Source of the DNA: an uncultured Gemmatimonadales bacterium
GTDB lineage: Bacteria > Gemmatimonadota > Gemmatimonadetes > Longimicrobiales > RSA9
Assembly: GCA_963783305.1 (NCBI GenBank)
Contig: CAWAMW010000006.1
Span: 96,001-160,000, forward strand
DNA: 64,000 bases
Direction of reading: 5' to 3'
A model generated the notes under the pieces. The model had not been told where the DNA came from, did not search any database, and worked only from the letters and a program-made list of their open reading frames with translations. Each line of letters opens with the position of its first letter. The first letter of the stretch is position 1. Made by a program: the position numbers and the translations under genes. Below are positions 8,908 through 19,441 of this stretch, piece after piece.

Positions 8908-11625
8908 ATGACCGACTCTGTGACGGATACCGCGCCACCGTCCTCAACCTGGGGGCTCCACTCATCGCTTCCGACGACGAACGTCTCGGAAGTGCTGCGG
9001 CGCGTGGCCCACGTCGCCCGCGACCTGACGGGGGCCTACGGCGCGTATGTGGAGCAGGTGGTGGACGGTGAGGTGGAGGTGGTGGCGGTGGTGGGGGAGG
9101 GCGCTCCACCGTTGAGCACCCGGATCGCGTACCCTGGCTCGGTGACCGAGGAGATCGCGCAGGGTGGGCTTCCGGTCACGGTGCCGGAGCTCGGCGAGGA
9201 GTCGGCTATCGTGCCGTACCTCGGGAAGAGCTGTGCGAGTTGCGGGTTCCTCCTCGCACCGCTCATGGCGGGGGAAGAGCTTCTGGGCGCGCTCGTGCTC
9301 CTGAGCCGCGCCCGAGGTCACTTCGGTTCCGACGACATCGCCACGCTCCGATCGCTGAGCGAGCTGGCGTCCGTGTCGCTCCGGCTGGTGGGGGAGATCA
9401 GCCGCGAGCGCGAAGAGCGGACGGCGCTGCTGGATTCCACCGGAGAAGGCATCTATGGGATCGACCCGGCGGGGCAGTGCACGTTCATGAACCGCTCCGG
9501 GGCCGCTCTCCTCGGCTATTCGCAGGACGAGGTCCTGGGTACCAACCTGCACCGTCTGATCCACCACACGCGTCCCGACGGCAGTGCGTACGAGGAGGCC
9601 GCCTGCCCGATCTACGATGCCGCGCGGGCGGGGAAGGGGGTGCGGGTGGAGAACGAGGTGCTCTGGCGGAGCGACGGCTCGTCCTTCCCCGCCGAATACG
9701 CGTCGCACCCGATCCGGGAGGACGACCGGATCCTCGGCGCGGTGGTGACCTTCCGTGACATCTCGGAGCGAAAGCGGGAGGAACAGCGCCGGGCCCACCG
9801 TCTCGAGCGCGAGCGCTTCCTCGCCGAGGCCAGCGCCGTGCTCGCGTCGTCGCTGGACTACGAAACCACGCTCGACCAGGTCGCCCGGCTCGCCGTGCCG
9901 CGCATGGCCGACTCCTGCGTCATCGACGTGCTGGACAAGGACGAACGGCTGAACCGAGTGGGGGTGGCCCACATCGATCCCGGGATGCAGCGCGTGCTCG
10001 CTACCGCGCGGCCGCACGCGCCGCCCCCCGATTCGGGTAGTCCCGCGCTGGCAGCGCTGGAGGGGGCGGAGCCCGTCCACGTGCCGGTGGTCACCGACGA
10101 ATGGATCGAGAGGGTCGCCCTCGATCCCGAGCACCTCGACGTCCTGCGGAGCCTGAAGCCACGCTCCGTGATGATCGTTCCGCTCCTCGGCGCCGGACGC
10201 ACCGTAGGTCTCTTCTGGCTCGCCCGCACCGACCCCGATCGCCCCTACGATGCCGACGAGCTTGCACTCGCCGTAGAGCTCGGCCGCCGGGCCGGCGTAG
10301 CCGTCGACAACGCCATGCTCTTCGCCGGCGCCGAGGAGGCCCGGGGCGAGGCGGAGCGCCGGGCTCGCGAGGAGGCGGCGCTCCGGGAAGCCATTCAGGC
10401 GGTGGCCGCCAGCGCGTCCACCGAGGAGGTCATCCATCGGATCGCCGGGAGCGCCGTGCGGGCGACCAACGCTGATGGGGCGTTCGTTGAGCGCATCGAG
10501 CACGACTGCGCCGAGACGCTCGTGGTGGCCTCCGCCGGAGAAACCGCTCCGGCGGTGGGGGGTCGGCTCCGCTACGAAGGCTCGTTCACCGAGTACGTGG
10601 TGGAGCGGGCGCAGCCCCTGGTGGTGCCCCGGATCGCCGACGCCGAGCGGGGCCTTCCGGGCGAGCTCGCCCGCGCCCGCCCCGACGACGCCATGCTGAT
10701 TCTCCCGCTGGTTGATGGAGGCGAGCCCATTGGCTCGCTCTATCTCATGCGCCGGTCGGAGAAGTGGCAGTTCCGCGAAGACGAGGTACAACGCGCGCTG
10801 GCGTTCGCCGAGCTCGCCGCCCTCGCCTTCCGCAAGATCCACATGCTCGAGGACTCCGAGCGGCGCCGTGAGGAAATCCAGAGGGTGATGGAGAGTCGCG
10901 CCCGCCTCATGCGCGGGTTCAGTCACGACGTGAAGAATCCCCTCGGCGCCGCCGACGGGTTCCTCCAGCTCCTGCAGGACCAGGTCGTGGGCCCTCTCAC
11001 CGAAAAGCAGGCCGAGCATCTGCGGCGCGCCCGCCGCTCTATCCATAGCTCCCTGGACCTCATCGAGGACCTCCTGGACCTCGCACGCGCGGAGGCCGGC
11101 CAGCTGGAGATCGAGTGGGGGCCCGTGGACCTGAGGGATGCCACCCGCGAGCTCGCGGAGGAGTATCGCACACAGGCCGACCGGAAGGGCATCGCCATGC
11201 ACCTCGAGCTGCCCGACGAGCTGCCCGTCATCCGCAGCGACGCGACCCGCGTACGGCAGGTCCTGGGCAACCTCCTCTCCAACGCGGTCAAGTATACCGA
11301 TGAGGGACGGATCGCCGTCCGTGTCGATCGTCGCTCGACCGGCGCCTCCGGCCCCGCCGACGCACCCGAGCGCGCCGGTGAGTGGGTCGTCGCGGAGGTG
11401 AAGGACACCGGCCCGGGCATCCCTGCAAACCAGCAGCGGCGGCTGTTCGAGGAGTTCACCCGCCTCGACCCCGGCGAGAAAAGCGGTGCGGGCGTCGGGC
11501 TCGCCATCAGTCAGCGCATCTCGCATGCGCTCGGCGGCGAGATTGCCGTCAGCAGCGAGCCCGGCGAAGGCTCCGTGTTCACCCTGTGGCTGCCTCGCGC
11601 AGCCCCGGACGGCGCCGACGACTGA
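8908..11625 (+). CDS. cytoplasmic sensor histidine kinase (GAF-PAS-GAF-GAF-HisKA-HATPase)
   Basis: H box SHDVKNPL, N box [25 protein letters not shown] repeats; start chosen at ATG 8908. Confidence 0.9.
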   Translation: MTDSVTDTAPPSSTWGLHSSLPTTNVSEVLRRVAHVARDLTGAYGAYVEQVVDGEVEVVAVVGEGAPPLSTRIAYPGSVTEEIAQGGLPVTVPELGEESAIVPYLGKSCASCGFLLAPLMAGEELLGALVLLSRARGHFGSDDIATLRSLSELASVSLRLVGEISREREERTALLDSTGEGIYGIDPAGQCTFMNRSGAALLGYSQDEVLGTNLHRLIHHTRPDGSAYEEAACPIYDAARAGKGVRVENEVLWRSDGSSFPAEYASHPIREDDRILGAVVTFRDISERKREEQRRAHRLERERFLAEASAVLASSLDYETTLDQVARLAVPRMADSCVIDVLDKDERLNRVGVAHIDPGMQRVLATARPHAPPPDSGSPALAALEGAEPVHVPVVTDEWIERVALDPEHLDVLRSLKPRSVMIVPLLGAGRTVGLFWLARTDPDRPYDADELALAVELGRRAGVAVDNAMLFAGAEEARGEAERRAREEAALREAIQAVAASASTEEVIHRIAGSAVRATNADGAFVERIEHDCAETLVVASAGETAPAVGGRLRYEGSFTEYVVERAQPLVVPRIADAERGLPGELARARPDDAMLILPLVDGGEPIGSLYLMRRSEKWQFREDEVQRALAFAELAALAFRKIHMLEDSERRREEIQRVMESRARLMRGFSHDVKNPLGAADGFLQLLQDQVVGPLTEKQAEHLRRARRSIHSSLDLIEDLLDLARAEAGQLEIEWGPVDLRDATRELAEEYRTQADRKGIAMHLELPDELPVIRSDATRVRQVLGNLLSNAVKYTDEGRIAVRVDRRSTGASGPADAPERAGEWVVAEVKDTGPGIPANQQRRLFEEFTRLDPGEKSGAGVGLAISQRISHALGGEIAVSSEPGEGSVFTLWLPRAAPDGADD

Positions 11626-11711
11626 GACGCGTTGACTCCCTCGCACGAGGGGCCCTACCTTTCCGTCAGCCCCGCTTTCTCCGGCGTCTCATTCCAGACA
11701 CGAGACGCACC

Positions 11712-13382
11712 ATGCCGAACGCCGTCGCAGGAGCCGCCGCACCTACATCGGAGCCCGGCGCACTCGCTTTCGAATATCAGGACCCGTTCCCGCTCGGGCC
11801 GGACACCACCGAGTACCGGAAGATCGACGGGTCGGAGCGCTATGTCCGGGTAGACTTCTTCGGAGACGAGGAAGTGCTGCGGGTCGACCCCGCCGCGCTG
11901 GCGCTGCTCACGCGCGAAGCCATGCGCGATGTCTCCTTCCTGCTGCGGCCGTCGCACAACGAGCAGGTGGCGCAGATCCTGACCGACCCGGCCGCGTCGC
12001 CGAACGATCGCGGCGTCGCCCGCGCCTTCCTCCGCAATGCCGTGGTAGCGGCGGAGGGAGAGCTCCCCGTCTGCCAGGACACGGGAACGGCCACGGTCGT
12101 CGCGAAGAAAGGGCAGCGGGTGTGGACCGGCGTGAAAGACGAGGAGTGGATCTCCCGAGGCGTCTATCGCACGTACACCGAACACAATCTGAGGTACTCC
12201 CAGACCGTACCGCTGGACATGTACACGGAGAAGAACACGGGCACGAACCTCCCCGCGCAGATCGACATCGCGGCCACCGAAGGGGAAGCCTACAAATTCC
12301 TGTTCATGGCGAAGGGCGGCGGCAGCGCCAACAAGACCACGCTCTACCAGCAGACGAAGGCGCTCCTCACACCGGAGAAGCTGGAAGCGTTCCTGGTGGA
12401 GAAGATGAAGTCGCTCGGCACCGCCGCATGCCCGCCCTACCACATTGCGTTCGTCATCGGCGGTACGAGCGCCGACGCGGTCATGAAGACGGTGAAGCTG
12501 GCCAGCGCCCGCGACCTGGATGGTCTGCCCACCACCGGCAACGAGCACGGCCGCGCCTTCCGTGACGTGGAGCTGGAGGGTCGGCTCCTCCTCGCTGCGC
12601 AGCGGCTCGGCATCGGCGCCCAGTTCGGCGGGAAGTACTTCGCCCACGACGTTCGCGTAATCCGGCTCCCGCGCCATGGCGCGAGCCTGCCCGTGGGCAT
12701 GGCCGTTTCATGCTCCGCCGATCGGAACATCCGGGCCAAGATCACGCGGGACGGGCTCTTCGTCGAGGTGCTCGACGCCAACCCGGGCCGACTGCTCCCG
12801 GAGGAGAACGTGGAGGGACAGGCGGTGGAGGGGATACGGATCGACCTCTCCACCGGGATGACCGAGGTGAGGAAGGCGCTTTCGGCCATGGACGTCGGCG
12901 ACGCGGTGCTGCTGTCGGGCACACTCGTCGTGGCCCGGGACATCGCCCATGCCCGCTTCAAGGAGATCCTCGACCGCGGGGACCCGCTGCCTGAATACCT
13001 GATCGATCATCCGGTCTATTACGCCGGTCCCGCCAAGACGCCGGAGGGCCGTCCGTCCGGCTCGTTCGGCCCCACCACGGCCGGGCGGATGGACGCCTAC
13101 GTGGACCTGCTCCAGCGCAACGGCGGGAGCCTCGTCATGATCGCAAAGGGCAACCGCAGTCAACAGGTGACGGACGCCTGTCGCGAGCACGGCGGCTTTT
13201 ATCTCGGCTCCATGGGCGGGCCCGCGGCCATCCTCGCGGCCGAGAACATCCGGAAAGTGGAGTGCATCGACTTCCAGGAGCTCGGCATGGAGGCCGTCTG
13301 GAAGATCGAAGTGGAGGATTTCCCGGCCTACGTCCTCGTGGACGACAAGGGCAACGACTTCTTCAAGCGCCTCGGGATCTGA
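11712..13382 (+). CDS. fumA: class I (Fe-S) fumarate hydratase
   Basis: [39 protein letters not shown] motifs. Confidence 0.95.
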   Translation: MPNAVAGAAAPTSEPGALAFEYQDPFPLGPDTTEYRKIDGSERYVRVDFFGDEEVLRVDPAALALLTREAMRDVSFLLRPSHNEQVAQILTDPAASPNDRGVARAFLRNAVVAAEGELPVCQDTGTATVVAKKGQRVWTGVKDEEWISRGVYRTYTEHNLRYSQTVPLDMYTEKNTGTNLPAQIDIAATEGEAYKFLFMAKGGGSANKTTLYQQTKALLTPEKLEAFLVEKMKSLGTAACPPYHIAFVIGGTSADAVMKTVKLASARDLDGLPTTGNEHGRAFRDVELEGRLLLAAQRLGIGAQFGGKYFAHDVRVIRLPRHGASLPVGMAVSCSADRNIRAKITRDGLFVEVLDANPGRLLPEENVEGQAVEGIRIDLSTGMTEVRKALSAMDVGDAVLLSGTLVVARDIAHARFKEILDRGDPLPEYLIDHPVYYAGPAKTPEGRPSGSFGPTTAGRMDAYVDLLQRNGGSLVMIAKGNRSQQVTDACREHGGFYLGSMGGPAAILAAENIRKVECIDFQELGMEAVWKIEVEDFPAYVLVDDKGNDFFKRLGI

Positions 13383-14115
13383 TCCGGAGCCCCAGCGCCA
13401 CCACTCCCAGGATCGGTAGCGCGGCAAGATAGGTCCAGTCCACGCCGCGTTCCGGGTGCGGCGGGGCGGCCACCATGCCGTAGAGTGGGCGCGCGGCCAG
13501 CCGCGCCGCGTCTTCGCGCGCGCGCTGGTCCCGCTCCGCCTGCAGGATCGGCGCGATGAACGCCATGTAGGCCTCCGGGAAGAGCGCCACGTGGTAGTGC
13601 GGGGGGTAGTATTCCCGCGTCACGTCCACGAGCCCCTCCTCCTCCATGGCCAGGAGCGTCTCCTCCAGCCATTGCCGGCACGCCCCGCGCCGGCTCACTC
13701 GCAGGTCCACGGCGATCCCCGCCGGGTGCACCGACAGGCGGTGCGCGTTCGGCGGTTGCCGCGTGATCGGCCGTGTCAGGCTCGTCACCACCAGCTTCTC
13801 CTTGCACGCCGCCGCGTACCCGGCTGACAGCTGCTCGATGAACGTGCGCATTTCCTGCCGCGCCACCAGCGAGCCCACGCCGTTCCGGAACCCGTAATCC
13901 TCGCTGCCTTCTAGGGGCACCAGATCCCCTCTCGCGACCAGCCGGTCCAGCTCCTCCGGCGTTTTCACGAATCGGAAGCCCAGGGCAAGCGCCACCCCGT
14001 GCTGCCGCTCCATGGCGGCCAGCGACCCCCTCAAAGTCACGGGGACATCGGCGGATGCGGGCGCGGCCGCCAGCACCGCGAGCGCCACGGTGCCAATGAG
14101 GAAGGGTCTCAGCAT
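13363..14115 (-). CDS. secreted DUF5715-like protein (M15/LAS peptidase-like zinc motif) with C-terminal membrane anchor
   Basis: Signal peptide; [15 protein letters not shown] (HxxxxxxD), PPHYH; hydrophobic C-tail; 3' end overlaps fumA convergently by 20 nt. Confidence 0.7.
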   Translation of the reverse strand: MLRPFLIGTVALAVLAAAPASADVPVTLRGSLAAMERQHGVALALGFRFVKTPEELDRLVARGDLVPLEGSEDYGFRNGVGSLVARQEMRTFIEQLSAGYAAACKEKLVVTSLTRPITRQPPNAHRLSVHPAGIAVDLRVSRRGACRQWLEETLLAMEEEGLVDVTREYYPPHYHVALFPEAYMAFIAPILQAERDQRAREDAARLAARPLYGMVAAPPHPERGVDWTYLAALPILGVVALGLRIRSRGA

Positions 14116-14262
14116 GTCCTGCTCCTGCGTAACACAAATAAAATCGGCGCCCACCCGCTACGGTAAAGCGCCTCGATGAACAGCTTTCCGGGGCCTGATA
14201 CAGCGCAGCGCCCGGTGGGTTCCCCCGCCGGGCGCCGAATCAGGCTTCACACGTACGCCGCG

Positions 14263-14418
14263 TCAGCGGCCGGTACTCTCGCTCCGGGTGCCCTCCCACA
14301 GCTTTTTCGCCAGGAGCAGCGCTGCGCCCCACTTGAGCGCCTTCATGGGGTGCAGCACCGCAAACGTCCGCTTGGGCGCCTTCTTGTATGCGACGAGCTT
14401 CGCCAGTCCTTTGAGCAC
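14263..14418 (-). CDS. small basic hypothetical protein (51 aa)
   Basis: GGAGGAAAC-GTG start; MLKGLAKLVAYKKAPKRTFAVLHPMKALKWGAALLLAKKLWEGTRSESTGR; GC hairpin downstream (about 14206-14238). Confidence 0.65.
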   Translation of the reverse strand: MLKGLAKLVAYKKAPKRTFAVLHPMKALKWGAALLLAKKLWEGTRSESTGR

Positions 14419-14562
14419 GTTTCCTCCCCGTTCGGGTATCGCCGATGTCCACCCTCCTGTTGTGCAAGGCGCGCGCCCAGCGAGCCCGCGGGCGGCCTCA
14501 TTCCTGCAACGGCTGGCAACCTCCGCAACGGCCGGACGAATCTGCAATTCAGCCAAGGGCAA

Positions 14563-16828
14563 ATGACGCCACGTACGAATCCGTTCGCAGGCGAGGGGGA
14601 GGTGCGGAAAGTGGCGCGGTCTATCGACTGGGCCGCGACCCCGCTCGGGCCAGTGGACCGTTGGAGTGGAACGCTCCGCGACGTCATCCGGACCTGTCTG
14701 GACTCGCCGTTTCCCATAGCCCTCTGGTGCGGCCCCGAACTCGTCTTCGTCTACAATCAGGCCTATCGCGCCATACTCGGGGCGAAGCACCCGTCGGCTC
14801 TCGGACGTCCCGGACCGGAGGTGTGGGCCGAGATTTGGGATCAGATCGAGCCCATGTTCGAGCGCATCCGCGCCGGTGGCGACCCCGTCTACGAGCAGGA
14901 TGCGCCTTTCGTCGTCCAACGCCACGGCCCGAGATCCGAATCGGCGGAATCCGAAGTCAATGCCTGGTTCACCTTCAGTCTGAGCCCGGTCCGCGATGAT
15001 GATGGTGATATCCACGCCTTCCTGAACATCGTCTCCGAGAGCACGAGCAGGGTACGGGCGGAGCGGGCGCATGAGGAGGCGCGCGCCGAGGCGGAGCGAG
15101 CGGAGCGCCGCCTGCGAGACGTCTTTGCCCAGGCGCCGGCGTTCCTGGCCGTCGTCAGAGGGCAGGACCACGTCTTCGAATACGTGAATCGTGCCTATTA
15201 CCGGCTGGTCGGCCACCGCGACCTTCTGGGCCGGCCGGTGTTCGACGCGCTCCCGGAGCTGCGCGGACAGGGGTTCGAGGAGCTCCTCAATGGAGTGCTG
15301 GAGACGGGGGAGCCTTTCGTGGGGCGCGAGGTGGCCTTCACGGTCGCACCCACCCCCGGCACCGAGCCGGAGGAGCGCTTCGTGGATTTGGTCTACTACC
15401 CCATCGCCGAGGCCGACGGGACACGGTCCGGTGTGGTCGCCCACGGCTCCGACGTGACCGAGCACGTGCTGGCTCGCCACGAGGCACAGCGCGCACGCGC
15501 CGAAGCCGAGCACGCGAACCAGGCCAAGAGTCAGTTCCTCGCCACCATGAGCCACGAGATCCGCACGCCCATCAACGCCGTCATGGGGTATGCCGACCTG
15601 TTGGACGCGGGCATCGCCGGCTCCCTCGCCGACGAACAGGAGCGCTACGTAAAAGGAATCCAGGCCAGCAGCCGGCACCTGCTCGGACTCGTGAGCGATA
15701 TCCTCGATCTCGCCAAGATCGAGGCCGGGGAGATGCTCGTGGGGGCCGGCGAGAATGGAGGCTCGGGACGCGATCAATGCCGCGATCCGCATGGTCACTC
15801 CCGAGGCCGCTGAGCGCGGTCTCACCATCGAACAGGTGTGGGAGTGCGGCCGCGATGCGGAGGTGGTCGGGGACGACAACCGGGTCCGCCAGATCCTGCT
15901 CAACCTCCTCTCCAACGCTCTCAAGTTCACCGAAGAGGGCGGGAATGTCACCGTCCGGTGCAGTGTCCGGGAGTCGGCTCCACCCGATTCGATGCTCCCG
16001 GGCTACGGCCCGTGGGTTGTCATTGAGGTCGAGGACACCGGCCGCGGCATCGCCGAGGAGCAGCTGGGCCGTGTTTTCGACCCGTTCGTCCAGGCCGAAT
16101 CCGGACACACCCGCACGGCAGGGGGCACGGGGCTCGGGCTGACTATCAGTCGGCGCATGGCCCGACTGATGGCCGGCGAGCTCACCGCCCGTAGCGAGTT
16201 GGGGAAAGGATCCGTTTTCTCGCTCTGGCTCAGTCCTGCCGCACAGGAGCGCGTCAGCATCGACTCGAAGCCGTCCATCGAGGGGCAGCCGTGGCCTCCC
16301 GCTCCCCACTTGCTTCCGGGCCTCGCTTCCGCCGGGCGCGCGCTCCTGGCCAGCATAGAGACCGCCGAGGAGGAGTGGGTGGAGTGGGTTCGTACGGACG
16401 CGGTGATTCGCGCCGCCGATCGTGCCAACCGCGCTCAGGTCGCAGACCAGACCGCCGAGCTCATTGCCGCCTTCGCCAAGGTCCTCTTCGTCCTGGAAGA
16501 GGGCGGGGGAGATCCGGGCCTCCTAAAAGATGCGGAGATCGTCATGGAGGTGATCGCCCGGCGACACGGCCGTCAGCGCAGGCGCCTGGGCTGGAGCACC
16601 GTCGCGCTCGAGCGCGAATACAGGCTCCTCGGCAATGTGCTCGACGCTGCGCTCCGCCGCGAGGCCCCGAAGCGTACCGCGGCGAACCTCGGCACCGCTG
16701 TTGGCGTCGTGCAGCGGCTGACCGCTCGGGCCGCCTCGGTCAGTTTGCAGGCGTTCGGCAGCGCCGACAGCGGCTCCGCCTTCGACCTGGGCGCCGAGGC
16801 CGATCGCACCTGCGAGGGGACGGGCTAG
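14563..16828 (+). pseudogene. PAS sensor histidine kinase split by a frameshift near 15752-15756 (or a sequence error)
   Basis: First frame carries PAS domains and SHEIRTP...LDLAKIEAG; second frame (15755-16828) carries NLLSNALKF, DTGRGI, GTGLGL; deleting one A in GAGAATGGAG joins them. Confidence 0.8.
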
Positions 16829-17421
16829 ATCGAGCGCACCGCCGCTTCCAGGACCTCGTACGGCTGACAGCCCACGACCGTCCGATCTCCGAGGAACAGC
16901 GTGGGGATCCCCGTTACACCGGCGGCGTTCGCCTCGATGCGGGTGCGGGCGATCCGGTCCAGGTAGCGTGGGTCCGCCATGGCGGCCACCGCCGCGTCCC
17001 GATCCAGTCCCATCCGCTCCGCCAGCCCGCCGATCACCGACGGGTCCTCAATGTCACGCCCCTCGCGCCAGTACGCGTCCATGACGGCCACGCGGAAGGG
17101 GTCCAGCAGACCCTCGTCCCGCGCGTGCTCCGCCACCGCCAGCGCCGGGCGAGTGCTCGGAATGTGGTCCGGCTGACGCATGTCATGGATGCCGAACGAC
17201 GCCGCGAATTTCTTCAGGTAGTCTCGCGCCCGCTCGCGCCCGCCCCGCCCGAGCAGGCGCTCGGCCGGCATGCCCCCCGGCGGTATCTCCGGGTGGAGCT
17301 CGAATCCGCGCCAATCCACCGTGACCTCATGCTCCTCCTGCAGCCGCTCCAGGCTGCTCCGCTCCGCAATGAAGCAGAACGGTCAGATGAAGTCCGTGTA
17401 GAGCCGTACCTTCACGCTCAC
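16825..17421 (-). CDS. DsbA/FrnE-like thioredoxin-fold selenoprotein (UxxC)
   Basis: GTG 17421 gives MSVKVRLYTDFI-[TGA 17385-17383]-PFCFIAE...WRGFELHPE, in frame with the 16825..17319 ORF; cis-Pro loop GVTGIPT; hairpin 3' of the UGA. Confidence 0.85.
17340..17357 (-). promoter_or_regulatory. candidate bacterial SECIS apical stem-loop
   Basis: mRNA GCAGCC-UGGAGC-GGCUGC; loop starts 31 nt after UGA with G at loop position 2; UGCUUC/GGAGCA can form a lower stem. Confidence 0.6.
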
Positions 17422-17768
17422 CCGGTCCCCCTCCCCCTCTCCATCTCCATGCCGGCGCGACGCAGGCCGCCGATCCCGCCGGCGTTCTCGACCCGCTCGA
17501 ACCCCTGCGAGCGCAGCACCCGCGTCGCCACGCTGGACCGGCTCCCGGTCCGGCAGTATACCAGCAGCCTCTTGCGACGGTCTCCCTTCAGCTCCGACCA
17601 ACGCGCCGTAATCTGCGTGTGCGGGATCAGCTTCGCCCCCGCCACATGGCCCCGCGCGTATTCGTGCGGCGTCCGTACGTCCACGAACACCACGTCCTCA
17701 CCCTCCTCGACTGCAGGCGGTGAGGGGAGGACGTAGCCGAGAATGCGGTCCAGCCAGCGTACCCCCAC
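17418..17768 (-). CDS. single-domain rhodanese-like sulfurtransferase
   Basis: VDVRTPHEY..GHVAGA, active loop YCRTGSRS, NAGGI. Confidence 0.9.
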   Translation of the reverse strand: MGVRWLDRILGYVLPSPPAVEEGEDVVFVDVRTPHEYARGHVAGAKLIPHTQITARWSELKGDRRKRLLVYCRTGSRSSVATRVLRSQGFERVENAGGIGGLRRAGMEMERGRGTG

Positions 17769-17770
17769 GC

Positions 17771-18487
17771 CTACGGTGCGCCCGGCCCGTTGCCCGGCGT
17801 AGTGGCGCCCGCCGTCATCTGCCCGTGATCCATCGCCTCGATAGGCCCGCAGGCGATCACAGACATGTCCGCCGCGTGCAGGTTCACCACGTGGCCCGTC
17901 AGATCGAGCCCCGCCGTGGCGGCACCTTGCGGCGAGTTCATGCCCGCGCTGCCCGTCCGGAGCGTGTCGCTCGACGCAGCGGCGGTATCCGACGCGGCGC
18001 CTCCCGGACCGGTTCCGGCCAGCGCCATCCGCAGCTCACCCACCGAGCGGCGCGCCTCGTACCGCAGGGCGCCCTGCGCATCCGACTGCGGGTACGCTTC
18101 GCCCCGCGGGTCGCCATCGTTCGGCAGCGACAGCTGGTCATCCAGGTTCAGTACGATCCCGCCCGCGTCATCACACGTAGCATTCATGTGGATGTGCTGC
18201 GGCACCTGCGTGCTGGGGTCCAGCCCGGTTGCGGCGATCGTCACCACCAGCTCGTTGTCCTCGACCGTGAACGTCGCCGTGCCCTCCACTCCCGATTCCG
18301 CCCGTGCCTCCAGCTGAGCCTCGTACATCTCGCTGCTCAGCTCCCGGCTCTGGCTCACCGTGTCCTGCCGCGTCGTGTCCATTGTGGCCTCACCGGCCGT
18401 GTCGCTCTCCACTTCGCACCCCGCCACCGCGATTGCGGTGGCCGTTGCCAGCAGCACTCCGGAGAGAGTCCTCGCGCGACCTGTCAT
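17771..18487 (-). CDS. lipoprotein with Cu/Zn-SOD-like or CHRD-like beta domain
   Basis: Lipobox VAGC; GTATF, PQHIH...TC, VVNLH...IACG pattern. Confidence 0.6.
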   Translation of the reverse strand: MTGRARTLSGVLLATATAIAVAGCEVESDTAGEATMDTTRQDTVSQSRELSSEMYEAQLEARAESGVEGTATFTVEDNELVVTIAATGLDPSTQVPQHIHMNATCDDAGGIVLNLDDQLSLPNDGDPRGEAYPQSDAQGALRYEARRSVGELRMALAGTGPGGAASDTAAASSDTLRTGSAGMNSPQGAATAGLDLTGHVVNLHAADMSVIACGPIEAMDHGQMTAGATTPGNGPGAP

Positions 18488-18565
18488 CGTTCCTCCCTTT
18501 CAAGGGCGTTCGTCCGCCATTCACTGCCACACTGCCGTTCTGCAAAAACCGTTCATGTGCCGCGG

Positions 18566-18850
18566 TCAGTCTCGCGTGTCCCCGTAGCCCCCGCTCCGAT
18601 TCGCGTCCAGGTCCGGACCCCCGGAGTCTCCCACCGAACCGTCGGCATCCAGCAGCGCACGCAGCTCCACGTCCGCCATCTGGTCCAGTGCATACGGCGC
18701 CTCACGCACCCGCTCGTCCCCGTCATCCCGGGTGAACCGCAGCTGATGCGCCACTTCCCCGTCCTCCTCTTCTCCCCGTGCTCGAAGGGGCCCTTGATCC
18801 TCTACATCCCAACAATGCCCGTCCTCGTCCGCCAGCTGTCGATGGCTCAT
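18566..18850 (-). CDS. small acidic hypothetical protein
   Basis: AGGAG RBS before ATG 18850; MSHRQLADEDGHCWDVE...; coding-like codon usage. Confidence 0.6.
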   Translation of the reverse strand: MSHRQLADEDGHCWDVEDQGPLRARGEEEDGEVAHQLRFTRDDGDERVREAPYALDQMADVELRALLDADGSVGDSGGPDLDANRSGGYGDTRD

Positions 18851-19017
18851 CTCTTCCGCTCCTGTTGACTCGGGTCCGCCTTCCAGTCCTCTCCTTCCCT
18901 CGTGCAAGGGCGGGGCCGCACGCGCGCCCGCCCGTGACCCGGGATTGCACGGGCCGACCGATCCTTGCGACAGATGGAAGTGCGTCTGATCTGAAATGTG
19001 GCGCTGTAAGGAGGACG

Positions 19018-19397
19018 ATGTACCGCAGTACCATCGCCGCCCTCGCCGTCGCGCTCCTCGCCGCCGGCTGCGCCCCGACCGAGACCGAGGACAGTCAGCC
19101 TCCCGCGGAAGAGTTGCAGGGATCCGTGCCGGCCGAGGTGCAGGATGTGGAGGATCGACTGCTGGACGCGCCCAACGCCGCGGTGGAGGAAGCGGTGGAA
19201 TCGGCGGCGCTCGAGGTGGAGGAAGGCCAGGCCACTTTCTACGCAGACGTGCTCGAGGGGGCACCGCAAGCGGGCGGGCGTACCAGGAGAGCCTGCCCGC
19301 CGTGCTCGACCTGTCGAAGGCGGCCGCGCGCCAGCTCGGATTCCTGGATGCCGGGCGTGCCCAGGTGCGGATCGAGGTTCTGGAGTGGGGTCCCTGA
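19018..19397 (+). pseudogene. rlpA: RlpA-like lytic transglycosylase lipoprotein, frameshifted and internally deleted
   Basis: AAGGAGG RBS; lipobox LAAGC; GQATFYAD in one frame and TASG..Y...VLDLSKAAARQLG..GRAQVRIE in another; central AAH..LPFG...NDRGP segment absent. Confidence 0.75.
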
Positions 19398-19441
19398 GCC
19401 CTCGCATCGCCGCGAGGCGAGCGCTCTGATACTCTGGAGGG

